From Myxococcota bacterium (GTDB lineage: Bacteria; Myxococcota_A; UBA9160; UBA6930), in contig OZ245002.1 in assembly GCA_965223415.1 (NCBI GenBank), positions 3,392,001 through 3,456,000 on the forward strand: DNA of 64,000 bases, written 5' to 3'. This document shows positions 45,704-55,280 of this stretch, piece by piece. The position numbers and the translations under genes were made by a program. Below the pieces are notes generated by a model, which did not search any database, was not told the origin of the DNA, and saw nothing but the letters and a program-made list of their open reading frames with translations. How positions within the stretch are numbered: the first letter of the stretch is position 1; each line of letters opens with the position of its first letter.

Positions 45704-47356
45704 TCAGAAGCGGCTCGCGGTGAGCTCCACGTCGGCTCGCGCCCAGGCCTCCCGGAACGCCGCCTGGGCGTCGTCCGACGCCGGATCGCCCTGGGCGGCC
45801 AGGCTCTCGGCCAGGCCGAAACGCGACCATCCGTTGGCCGGGAACTGCTCCAGGTCCTCCCGGTAGACCGCCGCCGCTTCGGCGGCGCGTCCCGCTCCCA
45901 GGAGCACCGCGCCCAGGGCCTGGCGCGTCGGGAAGTACCAGGGCGGCGGCTCCATGTAGACGAGATCGTCCTGCCGACCGATGGCGCTCTCGAGGGCGGC
46001 GACCGCCTCGTCGGTGCGTCCGGCGGCGACGGCGATCTCGCCCTGCAGGTGGTCCACACCGATTTCGAGCAGCGCCCGGGCCGAGGAGGTGCCGCCGGCC
46101 AGGATCAGGCTCTCGCTCTCCGGCTGGGCGGCGCGGGTTCGCAGCAGCGCGAGCTCCGCCCCGGCGGCGTCCAGATCCCCCGTGCGAACCCGGGCGAGGC
46201 CGCGCACGTAGTGCCAGATGCCGGTCATGTAGACGTCCTCCTCCCCCGGCCGGGGCTCGCCCAGGATCGCGTCCCAACGCCCGAAACGGGCGAGGGTGAG
46301 CATCGGGATCGCCATGAACTCCTGCATGAAGTCGAACTCGGCGCGGGCCGGGGCGGTCTTGGCCGCGAGCTTGCGCGCGGAACTGAGCGCGATCTGGCTG
46401 CGGCCCTCCGCGGCCGCTGCGGCCCACAGGAAGTGGATGTTATGCGGATAGTAGGCGGCGCGATAGAAGGCGCCCGGGCTGCACACCGCGAAGAAGGCCT
46501 CGTCCGCCTCGGCGGCGCGCTGGTTGATCTCGAGCGCGTCCTCGTAACGGCCGACCCGCCAGTAGATGTGCGAGGGCATGTGCACGAGGTGCCCGGCGTC
46601 CGGCGCGAGGGGGGCCAGCCGGTCCGCCGCCGCCTCCGCCCGGTGCGGGTGGTACTCCTCCACCGCGTGGATCAGGTAGTGGTTCGCGCCCAGGTGCTCC
46701 GGCTCCCGCGCGAGCACCTCCTCGAGCAGGCGCAGGACCAGGCGGGTGTCGTCCCGGGGCTCGTCCGCGCCGACCCAGTAGCTCCAGGGCATCAGGTCCA
46801 TCAGCGCCTCGGCGTAGAGGGTGGCGGCGTCGGTGTCCGCGGGATGGCGCTCGTGCACGCCGCGCATGGCGTCGGCGTAGGCCCGGTCGAGGGCGTGGCG
46901 ATCTTCCGGCGGCTCCTCCGCGTAGCGCGTGGCCAGGGCGCGGATGTAGTCCTGCTCGACGTCGCTCACGCCCGGCGCCAGCTCGAGAGCGCGCCGGGCC
47001 GCCGCATGGGCCTGCCGACCGGCCTCCGGGCCCATCGGCGCGTTGATGTTGGGCCCGAGCGCGAGACCGACGCCCCAGAAGCACATGGCGCAGGCCGGAT
47101 CGAGCCGGGCCGCCTCCTGGAACGACCGCACCGCCGCCTCGTGGTTGAAGCCGTAGGTCAACGCCAGCCCCTGGTCGAAGTAGGCCTGGGCCTTCGGCGA
47201 CGAGGTGGTGATCGGATGGCGGTGCGCGCCCAGCTCGTCGAGCAGGACCGGCCCCTCGTCCGCGACCTCCGGCGGCGCGCTGGGGGCGCAGGCCTGGGCG
47301 AGGGCGGCGGCCAGCAGGATCGACACGAAGGCGGCGCGGCGGGTTCGATCGGACAT
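45704..47356 (-). CDS. TPR-containing lipoprotein
   Basis: LAQAC lipobox; AQAYFDQGL...YGFNH, HLGANHYLIHAVE, GHLVHMPSHIY, EPPPWY. Confidence 0.85.
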   Translation of the reverse strand: MSDRTRRAAFVSILLAAALAQACAPSAPPEVADEGPVLLDELGAHRHPITTSSPKAQAYFDQGLALTYGFNHEAAVRSFQEAARLDPACAMCFWGVGLALGPNINAPMGPEAGRQAHAAARRALELAPGVSDVEQDYIRALATRYAEEPPEDRHALDRAYADAMRGVHERHPADTDAATLYAEALMDLMPWSYWVGADEPRDDTRLVLRLLEEVLAREPEHLGANHYLIHAVEEYHPHRAEAAADRLAPLAPDAGHLVHMPSHIYWRVGRYEDALEINQRAAEADEAFFAVCSPGAFYRAAYYPHNIHFLWAAAAAEGRSQIALSSARKLAAKTAPARAEFDFMQEFMAIPMLTLARFGRWDAILGEPRPGEEDVYMTGIWHYVRGLARVRTGDLDAAGAELALLRTRAAQPESESLILAGGTSSARALLEIGVDHLQGEIAVAAGRTDEAVAALESAIGRQDDLVYMEPPPWYFPTRQALGAVLLGAGRAAEAAAVYREDLEQFPANGWSRFGLAESLAAQGDPASDDAQAAFREAWARADVELTASRF

Positions 47357-47471
47357 GGATCCCTCCTCGAGCGTTGGGCGACGCCGCAAGCATGCCGGAG
47401 CAGGCCGTCCGGGACAGCCCGGCAGACCTGACCAGATCCTTACCAGAGGGCCGTGGCCCCCGGGGGCTCTC

Positions 47472-48758
47472 TCAGCGAGGCGCTCGGCCGCCGTCCGGCT
47501 CGAGGGCGTCGTTGCGGCAGCCCGGCGGCGCGGTCAGCGGATTGCACCGGGAGGGGGCACCGCCCGGGATCTGCACCTGGTAGCCGGTCCCGAAGGCCGG
47601 GTCGGGCACCGGGTAGTCCGTGCTCACGAAGTGGGCGCCGCTGGCGAGGGCCGCGTCCCGTCGCGTGGTGTCGCCGGTGCGGGCCTGGGCGGTGTCCGCG
47701 TCGGCCCGCGTGCGCACCAGGTAGCCGTCCCGCACGCGATTCTGGATGGCGGCGAAGTCGCCGACCGGGTCGTTCAGCTTCACGAACGCCGCATCCGGGT
47801 CGCCCGGCACGCCGTTGGTGAAGAGCACGCGGCCTTCGAGGCTCGGTCGCCCGGCCCGGTAGTCGTCGCGCTCCGAGCCGCCGTTGTCCATCAGGAACTG
47901 GATGCGCCCGCGTGCCTCGCCGAGGGTGGGCCAGCCGGCGCCGAGCACGCTGGCCTCCAGGGTGGCGCCGGGGCGTCGCACGTCGTCCGGCGTGAGCAGC
48001 TGCTCCGGCGGGAACACGGAGCGAATCTCGGCGTCCAGCTCGTCGAGCTCCGCCCGATCCCACGGCACCGGGATCGCGAAGCCCAGCGGGATCGGGTCCG
48101 GGATCGGGTCGTCCTTCAGCTCGACGAGGACGGCGATCGGCAGGTGCCGTGGGTGCGCATCGGACCAGCCCTTCACCATGAGCAGGCAACCGACGAAGGT
48201 GAGGCAGGTCGTCTCGAAGTCGACGTCCTGTACGTGGAGCACCTTGATGCCGGGCTGGTACATCTCCGGGTCCGGCGACTCGGCCGGTTCGAGCACCGCC
48301 CGTAGGGCGGGTCGGATCGAGTACAGCCCGCCGACCGGGTCGGCGAACACGTCGAGCTCGATCTGCCGCACGCCCTGCTCCTCGAACTGCAGGTCGAGGG
48401 ACCGGTGCGTGTACTCCCAGCCGATGGCCTCGGGGATGAACAGCACGAGCAGGTCGAAGAGCGCCTGGCGCGGCATCACGTGGTAGCTGTTGTGGGTGCC
48501 GAGGGACTGGATCTGGCCCAGATCGAGGCAGGCGTCGGCGTAGCGGGCGGCGAAGCGATCCCGGATGTTCTGCAGGATCGGCACCACCCGGGCGTTGCCG
48601 CCGGGCGCCATGTGGCGGAGCAGGGCGGCCTCGAAGTGGGCGACCTGCCGGGCCTGACGCTGGCAGGCGAGGCTGCGCTCGAAGGGCCCGGTCTCGCCCT
48701 GGGCGAGGGTCGGGACGCCGAGAAGGAGGGACAGCAGGAGGGCAGGGAGCAGGCGCAT
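47472..48758 (-). CDS. Secreted Ca2+-dependent PI-specific phospholipase C family protein
   Basis: Signal peptide; GTHNSYH, GVRQIELDVFAD, KVLH..DVDF.T, GYLVRTRAD, SGAHFVSTDY. Confidence 0.85.
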   Translation of the reverse strand: MRLLPALLLSLLLGVPTLAQGETGPFERSLACQRQARQVAHFEAALLRHMAPGGNARVVPILQNIRDRFAARYADACLDLGQIQSLGTHNSYHVMPRQALFDLLVLFIPEAIGWEYTHRSLDLQFEEQGVRQIELDVFADPVGGLYSIRPALRAVLEPAESPDPEMYQPGIKVLHVQDVDFETTCLTFVGCLLMVKGWSDAHPRHLPIAVLVELKDDPIPDPIPLGFAIPVPWDRAELDELDAEIRSVFPPEQLLTPDDVRRPGATLEASVLGAGWPTLGEARGRIQFLMDNGGSERDDYRAGRPSLEGRVLFTNGVPGDPDAAFVKLNDPVGDFAAIQNRVRDGYLVRTRADADTAQARTGDTTRRDAALASGAHFVSTDYPVPDPAFGTGYQVQIPGGAPSRCNPLTAPPGCRNDALEPDGGRAPR

Positions 48759-48806
48759 CGGGAACCTCCGCATCGCGCAGGGTAGCCCGATTCCCGGCCC
48801 CGAGGG

Positions 48807-49229
48807 CTACTGGACCCCGAGCAGCTCCACCTCGAAGACCAGGGTGGCGTTCGGGGGAATCGGGCCCGACCCCTGCTCGCCGTAGGCCAGGTGCGGCGGG
48901 CAGGTCAGGCAGACCTTCCCGCCTTCCTTCATGGTCTGGAGCCCCTGGGTCCAGCACGGGATGACGCGGTTCAGCGGGAAGGTCGCCGGGCTGCCGCGGT
49001 TCATGCTGCTGTCGAAGACACGCCCGTCGAGAAACTGGCCGTGGTAGTGGACCCGGACCGTATCCGTGGCCGAGGGCGTGCGCCCGGTTCCCTCGGTCAT
49101 CACCTCGACCTGCATCTCGCTCACCTCGTCTCCGGCGCTGCTGCAGGTCGACGAGGCGGCCGGCGTCTCGCTCGGGGAGCAGGCGATGAGGAGGCCGAAG
49201 AAGGGAAGGGCAAAGATGGCGTGTCGCAT
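48807..49229 (-). CDS. FKBP-type peptidyl-prolyl isomerase lipoprotein
   Basis: LIAC lipobox; VHYHG, FDSS, VIPCW, LAYG, IPPNATLVFEVELL. Confidence 0.95.
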   Translation of the reverse strand: MRHAIFALPFFGLLIACSPSETPAASSTCSSAGDEVSEMQVEVMTEGTGRTPSATDTVRVHYHGQFLDGRVFDSSMNRGSPATFPLNRVIPCWTQGLQTMKEGGKVCLTCPPHLAYGEQGSGPIPPNATLVFEVELLGVQ

Positions 49230-49240
49230 GGGCGGGGAGT

Positions 49241-50044
49241 CTACCGGGGAATCGTCTGCCCGCCGTTCGCCCGCCAGATCTGTCCCGTGCAGAACCGCGA
49301 CGCATCGGAGGCCAGGAAGAGCACGAGCCAGGCCTGGTCGACGGCCTCGCCCACCCGACCCAGGGGCGAGATCTCGCGCATGCGCGCCAGGAAGGCCTCG
49401 AGCTTCTCCGGGTTCGGGCGACCGTCGGGCTCGCGCAGGTGGCGATCGGTGAAGGCGGTACGGGTCGCGCCGGGCGCGATCACGTTCACGCGGATCCCGG
49501 CGTCGCCCACCTCCGTCGCCAGGGTCTGGCTCAGCTGGGTGACGCCGGCCTTCGCGATCGCGTAGAGGCCGTAGCCGGGGGTCGGCAGGTCGATGGCGCC
49601 GCTGGCCACGTTGACGATGCTGCCGCCGCCGCCCGCGCGCATGTGGGGGACCGCGGCCTGGCAGCCGAAGAGCGTTCCCTTCAGGTGGATGGCGAGCAGA
49701 CGATCCAGCTCCTCCTCGGCGACGTCACACAGCAGGCCGTCGGCCGGCACGCCCGCCACGTTGCAGAGCACGTCCAGGCGGCCCCAGTGGTCGGCGGCCT
49801 CGTCCACGAGCACTTGGACGTCCCCGCGCCGGGAGACGTCGCAGCGCCGGGCCTGTGCCTGGCCGCCCTCCGCGACGATGGCCGCCGCGGTCTCCTGGGC
49901 GCCCGCTTCGTCCACGTCGCCGAGGGACACCGATGCACCGGCCGCCGCCAGCACCTCCGCCGTCGCCCGGCCGATGCCGCTGGCGCCACCGGTCACCACC
50001 GCGGCACGGTCGTCCAGTCGGAAGGCGTCCAGCGGATCGTCCAT
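49241..50044 (-). CDS. Short-chain dehydrogenase/reductase
   Basis: TGGASGIG, NVAG, YAIAK, IRVNVIAPG. Confidence 0.92.
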   Translation of the reverse strand: MDDPLDAFRLDDRAAVVTGGASGIGRATAEVLAAAGASVSLGDVDEAGAQETAAAIVAEGGQAQARRCDVSRRGDVQVLVDEAADHWGRLDVLCNVAGVPADGLLCDVAEEELDRLLAIHLKGTLFGCQAAVPHMRAGGGGSIVNVASGAIDLPTPGYGLYAIAKAGVTQLSQTLATEVGDAGIRVNVIAPGATRTAFTDRHLREPDGRPNPEKLEAFLARMREISPLGRVGEAVDQAWLVLFLASDASRFCTGQIWRANGGQTIPR

Positions 50045-50099
50045 GCGCGCCATGCTACTCGTCTGCCTCTGGGCCCGCATCGAAGGAGGCGAGGACGAC

Positions 50100-51293
50100 A
50101 TGGCCGATGTCACCCTGCAGGGAGTCTCCCATCCCCGTTTCGAGCGGGTGCGCGAGCACTTCGTCCAGGGCTTCGAGAACGGAGACGAGCTCGGCGCCTC
50201 CCTGTGCCTCACCCTCGAGGGCGAGACGGTCGTCGACCTCTGGGCCGGCCACGCCGACGCCGCCGGCAGCCGCCCCTGGGAGCGCGAGACCCTCGTGAAC
50301 GTCTACTCGAGCACGAAGGGCGTGGTGGCGCTGGCGGCGCACCAGCTCGTCGACGAGGGGCGGCTCGATCTGGACGCGCCGGTCGCCCACTACTGGTCCG
50401 CGTTCGCGGCCGGCGGCAAGGAGCGGTTGCCGGTGCGCTACCTGCTCTCCCACCAGGCCGGAATGGCCGCCGTGAGGAAGCCCCTCCCGCCGGGCAGCCT
50501 CTTCGACTGGGAGGTCATGACCGGCGCCCTCGCCGAGCAGGAGCCCTGGTGGGAGCCCGGCTCCGCCCACGGCTACCACGCCCTCACCTTCGGCTGGCTC
50601 GTCGGCGAGGTGGTGCGGCGGATCACCGGGCAGCGCATCGGCGACGTCGTGCGCGAACGCATCGCCGGCCCGCTCGGCATCCGCTTCGAGATCGGCTTCG
50701 GCCCGGCGCTCGACCCGCAGGTGGCAGACCTGGTGCAGGGGCCGATTCACCCGCCCGAGGGCGACATCGACTTCGACCTGGTGAAGATGATTACCGAGGA
50801 GCCGGAGGGGCTGTTCGCCAAGGCCTTCGCCAATCCGCCGGTGCTCGGAGAGGAGACGGCCAACTCGCGGCCCTGGCGGGCGGCCGAGATCCCTGGCGCC
50901 AACGGTCACGGCAGTGCCGCCGCGCTGGCCCGCATCTACGGCGCCCTCGCGAACGGCGGCTCCATCGACGGCGTGCGCCTGATCAGCGCCGAGCAGATCG
51001 ATCGGGCCCGCGTCGAGCAGTGCCGCGGCAGCGACGCGGTCCTGCCGATGCCCACCCGCCTCGGCCTGGGCTTCTTCCTCCCGACCGACGAGGAGCCCCT
51101 GGGGCCGAACCCACGGGCCTTCTGTCACGGCGGCGCCGGGGGTTCCCTCGGCTTCGCCGACCCGGAGCACCGCCTCTCGTTGGGCTACGCGATGAACCGC
51201 ATGCACCAGGGCGCCTGGCTCGTCGATCCGCGACCGCGTCGCTTCCTGGCCGATGCCTACGCGGTGCTCGGGAAAGGGGGAACCGATGGCTGA
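50100..51293 (+). CDS. Serine hydrolase (beta-lactamase-family esterase)
   Basis: SSTK (SxxK), LLSHQAG, GYHALTFG, HGGAGGS. Confidence 0.92.
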   Translation: MADVTLQGVSHPRFERVREHFVQGFENGDELGASLCLTLEGETVVDLWAGHADAAGSRPWERETLVNVYSSTKGVVALAAHQLVDEGRLDLDAPVAHYWSAFAAGGKERLPVRYLLSHQAGMAAVRKPLPPGSLFDWEVMTGALAEQEPWWEPGSAHGYHALTFGWLVGEVVRRITGQRIGDVVRERIAGPLGIRFEIGFGPALDPQVADLVQGPIHPPEGDIDFDLVKMITEEPEGLFAKAFANPPVLGEETANSRPWRAAEIPGANGHGSAAALARIYGALANGGSIDGVRLISAEQIDRARVEQCRGSDAVLPMPTRLGLGFFLPTDEEPLGPNPRAFCHGGAGGSLGFADPEHRLSLGYAMNRMHQGAWLVDPRPRRFLADAYAVLGKGGTDG

Positions 51294-52092
51294 GCGGCCC
51301 CTCGAGGGGCGAACCGCCCTGGTCACCGGCGCGGCCCGCGGCATTGGCCGTGGCATCGCCCTGGGCCTGGCCGAGGCCGGCGCCGACGTGGTGCTCGCCG
51401 ACCTCGATTCCGACGTCGGCTCCGCCTCGTACGAGCTCTCGGGCAAGGCCCTGCTCGGAGACGCCACGGCCCAGGTGGCGGCGGCGGGCCCCGGCGAGGC
51501 CCTCGCCGTTGGCTGTGACGTCAGCCGGGCCGACCAGGTGGAGGCCGCCCTGGCCCAGGTGCGCGAGCGTTTCGGCCGCCTCGACGTGCTGGTGAACAAC
51601 GCGGGGATCGTCCACTTCCAGCCGCTGGTCGAGTTCGACGAGGCGCGCTGGGACCGGGTGTTCGACATCAACGTGAAGGGCGTGTTCCTGATGAGCCGCG
51701 CGGCGATCCCGCTGCTCACCCGGAGCGGCGGCACCATCGTCAACATCGCCAGCGTCGCCGGCAAGCGCGGATACGCCCTGGGCAGCGCCTACTGCTCGAG
51801 CAAGTTCGCGGTCGTGGGGCTCACCCAGTCCCTGGCGGCGGAGCTCGGCCCCGCGGGCGTACGGGTCAACGCCATCTGTCCGGGCATCCTCCCGACCCAC
51901 ATGTGGACCCACCACCTGGCCTCCGAGGAGCGCGGTGGCGACGCGACCTACCAGCAGATGATCGACGCGTCGATTCCCCTGAAGCGCGAGCAGACGCCCA
52001 GGGACATCGCCGACGCGGTCCTCTACCTGGTCGGCGCATCCAACGTCACCGGCGTGTCCCTCAACGTCGCCGGCGGCATGGAGGTCTGGTGA
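51286..52092 (+). CDS. Short-chain dehydrogenase/reductase
   Basis: TGAARGIG, NNAG, YCSSK, VRVNAICPG. Confidence 0.92.
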   Translation: MAERPLEGRTALVTGAARGIGRGIALGLAEAGADVVLADLDSDVGSASYELSGKALLGDATAQVAAAGPGEALAVGCDVSRADQVEAALAQVRERFGRLDVLVNNAGIVHFQPLVEFDEARWDRVFDINVKGVFLMSRAAIPLLTRSGGTIVNIASVAGKRGYALGSAYCSSKFAVVGLTQSLAAELGPAGVRVNAICPGILPTHMWTHHLASEERGGDATYQQMIDASIPLKREQTPRDIADAVLYLVGASNVTGVSLNVAGGMEVW

Positions 52093-52190
52093 GCGGCCGA
52101 TCGTGCTCCCCGCCGGCCTCGTGAGCGGTCGATCGTGCAGAATCCCGCTGGGCTCGTGAGCGGTCGATCGTGCTGAATCCCGCCCGGCTG
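52089..52190 (+). repeat. Three imperfect 32-35 bp tandem direct repeats spanning the SDR stop and the next start
   Basis: GTGAGCGG(C/T)CGATCGTGC... begins at 52089, 52121 and 52156. Confidence 0.85.
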
Positions 52191-55019
52191 CTCATTCTCG
52201 TCCTCTTCTTCGCCTCCGGCGCGAGCGGTCTCGTCTACGAGATCGTCTGGGTCCGGCAGTTCGGTCTGCTCTTCGGGAGCACCGTCTACTCGGCGGCGCT
52301 CGTCACGGGCATCTACATGTGCGGACTCGGGCTGGGCAGCTTCCTGGCCGGCCGCTGGGTGGATCGCCGCTTCCGGGAGGAGCCTTCGCTTCCGGTCCGG
52401 GCCTACGGCCTGTTCGAGGTGGGGATCGCGGCGCTGGCGCTCCTCATCCTGCTCGTCCTTCCCCAGGTCAGCGGCTGGGTGGCGGAGGTGTCGAGCTACG
52501 TGGAGGCGGAGAACGGCTGGTATCGCCTCTCCCTCTCCGCGTCGCTGCTCCGCTACGGCAGCGCCCTCGTCCTGCTGCTCCCGGTCACCTTGCTGATGGG
52601 AGGCACGCTCACGCTGCTGATCCGCCACCTGGTCGGCGGTGATCTCGCGGGCGCCGGCTGGCACGTCGGCGTGCTCTACGGCGTGAACACCGCCGGAGCG
52701 GCGCTCGGTTGCCTGCTGACGGACACGGCCCTGGTCCCGGCCTTCGGCGTGAGGAACACCCAGCTCCTCGCGATGGGGCTCAACCTGTTCGCCGCTGCCG
52801 GAGCCCTGCTGCTGGCTCGAAGCGTCCCGCCGCCGCCCGAGGCACCGCCCCCTCCGATGTCCGCGCCCGGCGCCTCCGCCCGCGTCGGGTGGGCGAGCCT
52901 CGCCATCGCCCTCAGCGGCTTCGCGGCCATGGCGCTGCAGATCCTCTGGTTTCGCCACCTGATCTCGCTCTTCGGCGCCTATCGTCCGGTCTTCTCGATC
53001 CTTCTCTGCGTGATCCTGGTCGGGATCTGGCTCGGCTCCACCCTGGCCGGCGCCCTGGTGCGTCGCAGCGGCCGGCCGGCCACGATCTTCGTGGTCTGCC
53101 TGGCGGGCTTCGTCCTCTGGTCCCTGGGCGCCCTGTGGAACGTGGAGGCGGACGGCCTCTGGCTCGTGGAGCAGCTGGACCGGGACCCGAAGGCCGGCCC
53201 GATCCCCTTCTACCTCTTCCTGCTCCGTGGCACGGCCTGGGCGGTGGGCCCGCCGGCCCTCCTCTCCGGGACGGCCTTTCCCCTCGCGAACGCCCTGGTG
53301 CAGCGGGCCTCGGCCCACGTCGGGGCGCGTGCGGGTCTGCTCTACCTGGCGAACACCGTGGGTGGCGTGGTCGGCTCCCTCGCCGCCGGCTTCTGGCTGC
53401 TGCCGGCCCTCGGTCTCCAGGCCTCCGTCACCGCCGTCGCGCTCAGCGCCGTGGTGGCCGGGGCCGCGATCCTCGTCGCCGCCCGGGGGGTCGAGCCGGC
53501 GGCCCACGTCCCGCGCGCCGTGGCGCTCGCAGCGATGGCCGGCGCCGTGCTCCTCTGGGCGCGTCTCCCCGACCGGGGGCTCCTCCTGCGCAGCCTTCCG
53601 CAGGAGGTGCGAGCCGGGGAGGAACGCCTGGTCGCCGTGCGCGAGGGCGTGAACGAGACCCTCGCCGTGGCGGATCGCGAGGGTCAGCTGCTCCGGCTCA
53701 TCACCAACGGGCACAACATGTCCGGCACCGGCCTGCCCGCCCAGCGCTACATGCGGGCCTACGTCCACGTTCCGATGCTGCTGGACGCTGGAATCGAGCG
53801 GGTGATGATCATGTGCTTCGGCGTGGGCAATACCGCCAACGCCGCGCTCCTCTACCCCCAGGTCCGGCGGCTGGACGTCGTCGACCTCTCGGCGGATGTG
53901 CTCGAGCACTCGGCCTTCTTCGAGCGCGTCAACGGCCTCCCCCTCGAGGATCCGCGGGTGCGCGTTCACGTGAACGACGCTCGCCAGCACCTGCGCATGA
54001 CGCCCGGGGGCCACTACGACCTGATCACGGGGGAGCCCCCGCCGATCGCTTATGCCGGTGTCGCCAGCCTCTACAGCGCGGAGTTCTTCCGGATCGCGGC
54101 GTCCCGCCTTCGGCCCGGCGGGTTCATGACCTACTGGCTGCCGATCTACCAGGTCGGCCACGAGACGGCGCGCGCCGTCGTCGCGGCCTTTCGCGAGGCC
54201 TTCCCCGGCGCGTTCCTGCTGGTCGGCCATCGTCAGGAGCTGATGCTGGTCGGACGCCGGGACGCCCCGCTCGCCTTCGACCCGGAGCGGATGCGCGCGC
54301 TCCTCGCGGACGTGCCCGGCCTGCGCCGCGAGCTGCGCTGGATCTCCTTGGACCAGCCCTTCGAGATCGCCGCCATGCTGGCCGCAACGCCCGCCGCCAT
54401 CGAGGGTGCCATCGTCGATGCGCCGCCCGTGTCCGACGATCGTCCGGTGCTCGAGTACGGGAGCTGGCTCCTGGGCCGCGACCGGCAGCTGCCGGCGGAT
54501 CTCTTCTCCGTCTCCGGCGTTCGGCGCTGGTGCCCCCGCTGCTACGAGGGTGGCCTGTCCGACGGCGAGCTCCGCGACCTGCGCGGCGCCCTCGAGGTGA
54601 TCGGCGCCTACTACCGGAGTGGACCTTTCCTGAACGTGGTCGGGGCCGGATCCGGCTTCCGTCCGGCGCTCGGCCCCGAGGCGTTGCGGGCCAGTGAGCG
54701 GAGCCTGTACGTGCGCCAGATCGCCGGCCGCGCGTCCAAGCTCTACCAGGACGCCGCCCGCCAGGTCCGCCACGGTCTCCCCGCCGAGGCGGTCGCCAGC
54801 CTGGAGGCGCTGGTGGAGAAGCAGCCGGAGCGCGTCGCCGCGCGCCTCGACCTGGCGGACCTTCATGGCGAGATGGGACGCAGGGACGACGCGCGGGAGC
54901 AGCTGGCCGCGGCGGAGCGGCTGGCCCCGGGCGATCCCGCCGTGGCGGCCGCCTGGGACCGCTACGAGAGTGCAGGCGAAACGCCCGGCCGCTCAGATCG
55001 AAGCGGTCAGGAGCCGTAG
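52170..55019 (+). CDS. Fused MFS-like / spermidine synthase-like membrane protein with C-terminal TPR
   Basis: SGASGLVYEIVW, LMGGT, LYGVNTAGA, LYLANTVG, FGVGNT, NDARQHL, YDLITGEPP, LRPGG. Confidence 0.88.
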   Translation: MLNPARLLILVLFFASGASGLVYEIVWVRQFGLLFGSTVYSAALVTGIYMCGLGLGSFLAGRWVDRRFREEPSLPVRAYGLFEVGIAALALLILLVLPQVSGWVAEVSSYVEAENGWYRLSLSASLLRYGSALVLLLPVTLLMGGTLTLLIRHLVGGDLAGAGWHVGVLYGVNTAGAALGCLLTDTALVPAFGVRNTQLLAMGLNLFAAAGALLLARSVPPPPEAPPPPMSAPGASARVGWASLAIALSGFAAMALQILWFRHLISLFGAYRPVFSILLCVILVGIWLGSTLAGALVRRSGRPATIFVVCLAGFVLWSLGALWNVEADGLWLVEQLDRDPKAGPIPFYLFLLRGTAWAVGPPALLSGTAFPLANALVQRASAHVGARAGLLYLANTVGGVVGSLAAGFWLLPALGLQASVTAVALSAVVAGAAILVAARGVEPAAHVPRAVALAAMAGAVLLWARLPDRGLLLRSLPQEVRAGEERLVAVREGVNETLAVADREGQLLRLITNGHNMSGTGLPAQRYMRAYVHVPMLLDAGIERVMIMCFGVGNTANAALLYPQVRRLDVVDLSADVLEHSAFFERVNGLPLEDPRVRVHVNDARQHLRMTPGGHYDLITGEPPPIAYAGVASLYSAEFFRIAASRLRPGGFMTYWLPIYQVGHETARAVVAAFREAFPGAFLLVGHRQELMLVGRRDAPLAFDPERMRALLADVPGLRRELRWISLDQPFEIAAMLAATPAAIEGAIVDAPPVSDDRPVLEYGSWLLGRDRQLPADLFSVSGVRRWCPRCYEGGLSDGELRDLRGALEVIGAYYRSGPFLNVVGAGSGFRPALGPEALRASERSLYVRQIAGRASKLYQDAARQVRHGLPAEAVASLEALVEKQPERVAARLDLADLHGEMGRRDDAREQLAAAERLAPGDPAVAAAWDRYESAGETPGRSDRSGQEP

Positions 55020-55175
55020 CGTCAGGTTCGCCAGAGCGACCCCGCCGATCACGGCCACGGCGGTCCGACGCCAGCGGGGTCGATCGCGCAGGAGCTGGCG
55101 GAGGCCGCGGGGAGGGCGCTTCTCGCCGCTGCCAGCGGCGGGCGGACCTTCGAAGGTGAGCGCAACCTCGGTCAT
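54993..55175 (-). CDS. Possible 60-aa small protein with a C-terminal hydrophobic helix
   Basis: ATG at 55175 with GGAG RBS; fills the gap downstream of GH15; 27-nt tail overlap with the convergent gene. Confidence 0.35.
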   Translation of the reverse strand: MTEVALTFEGPPAAGSGEKRPPRGLRQLLRDRPRWRRTAVAVIGGVALANLTLRLLTASI

Positions 55176-55280
55176 CGTTTCTCCCACGGCCGGAGTGGCT
55201 CCGCGGCCCGAAGCGTGGCACCAGACCGTGCCCCTGCGAGGGCCCGGCCGCGCGTCGCGCTAGGACGGTGGCCCCTCGGC

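Noticed and set aside
52089..52190. Mini-CRISPR
   Set aside because: The intervening segments are similar to each other and too short to be spacers; it is a tandem duplication.
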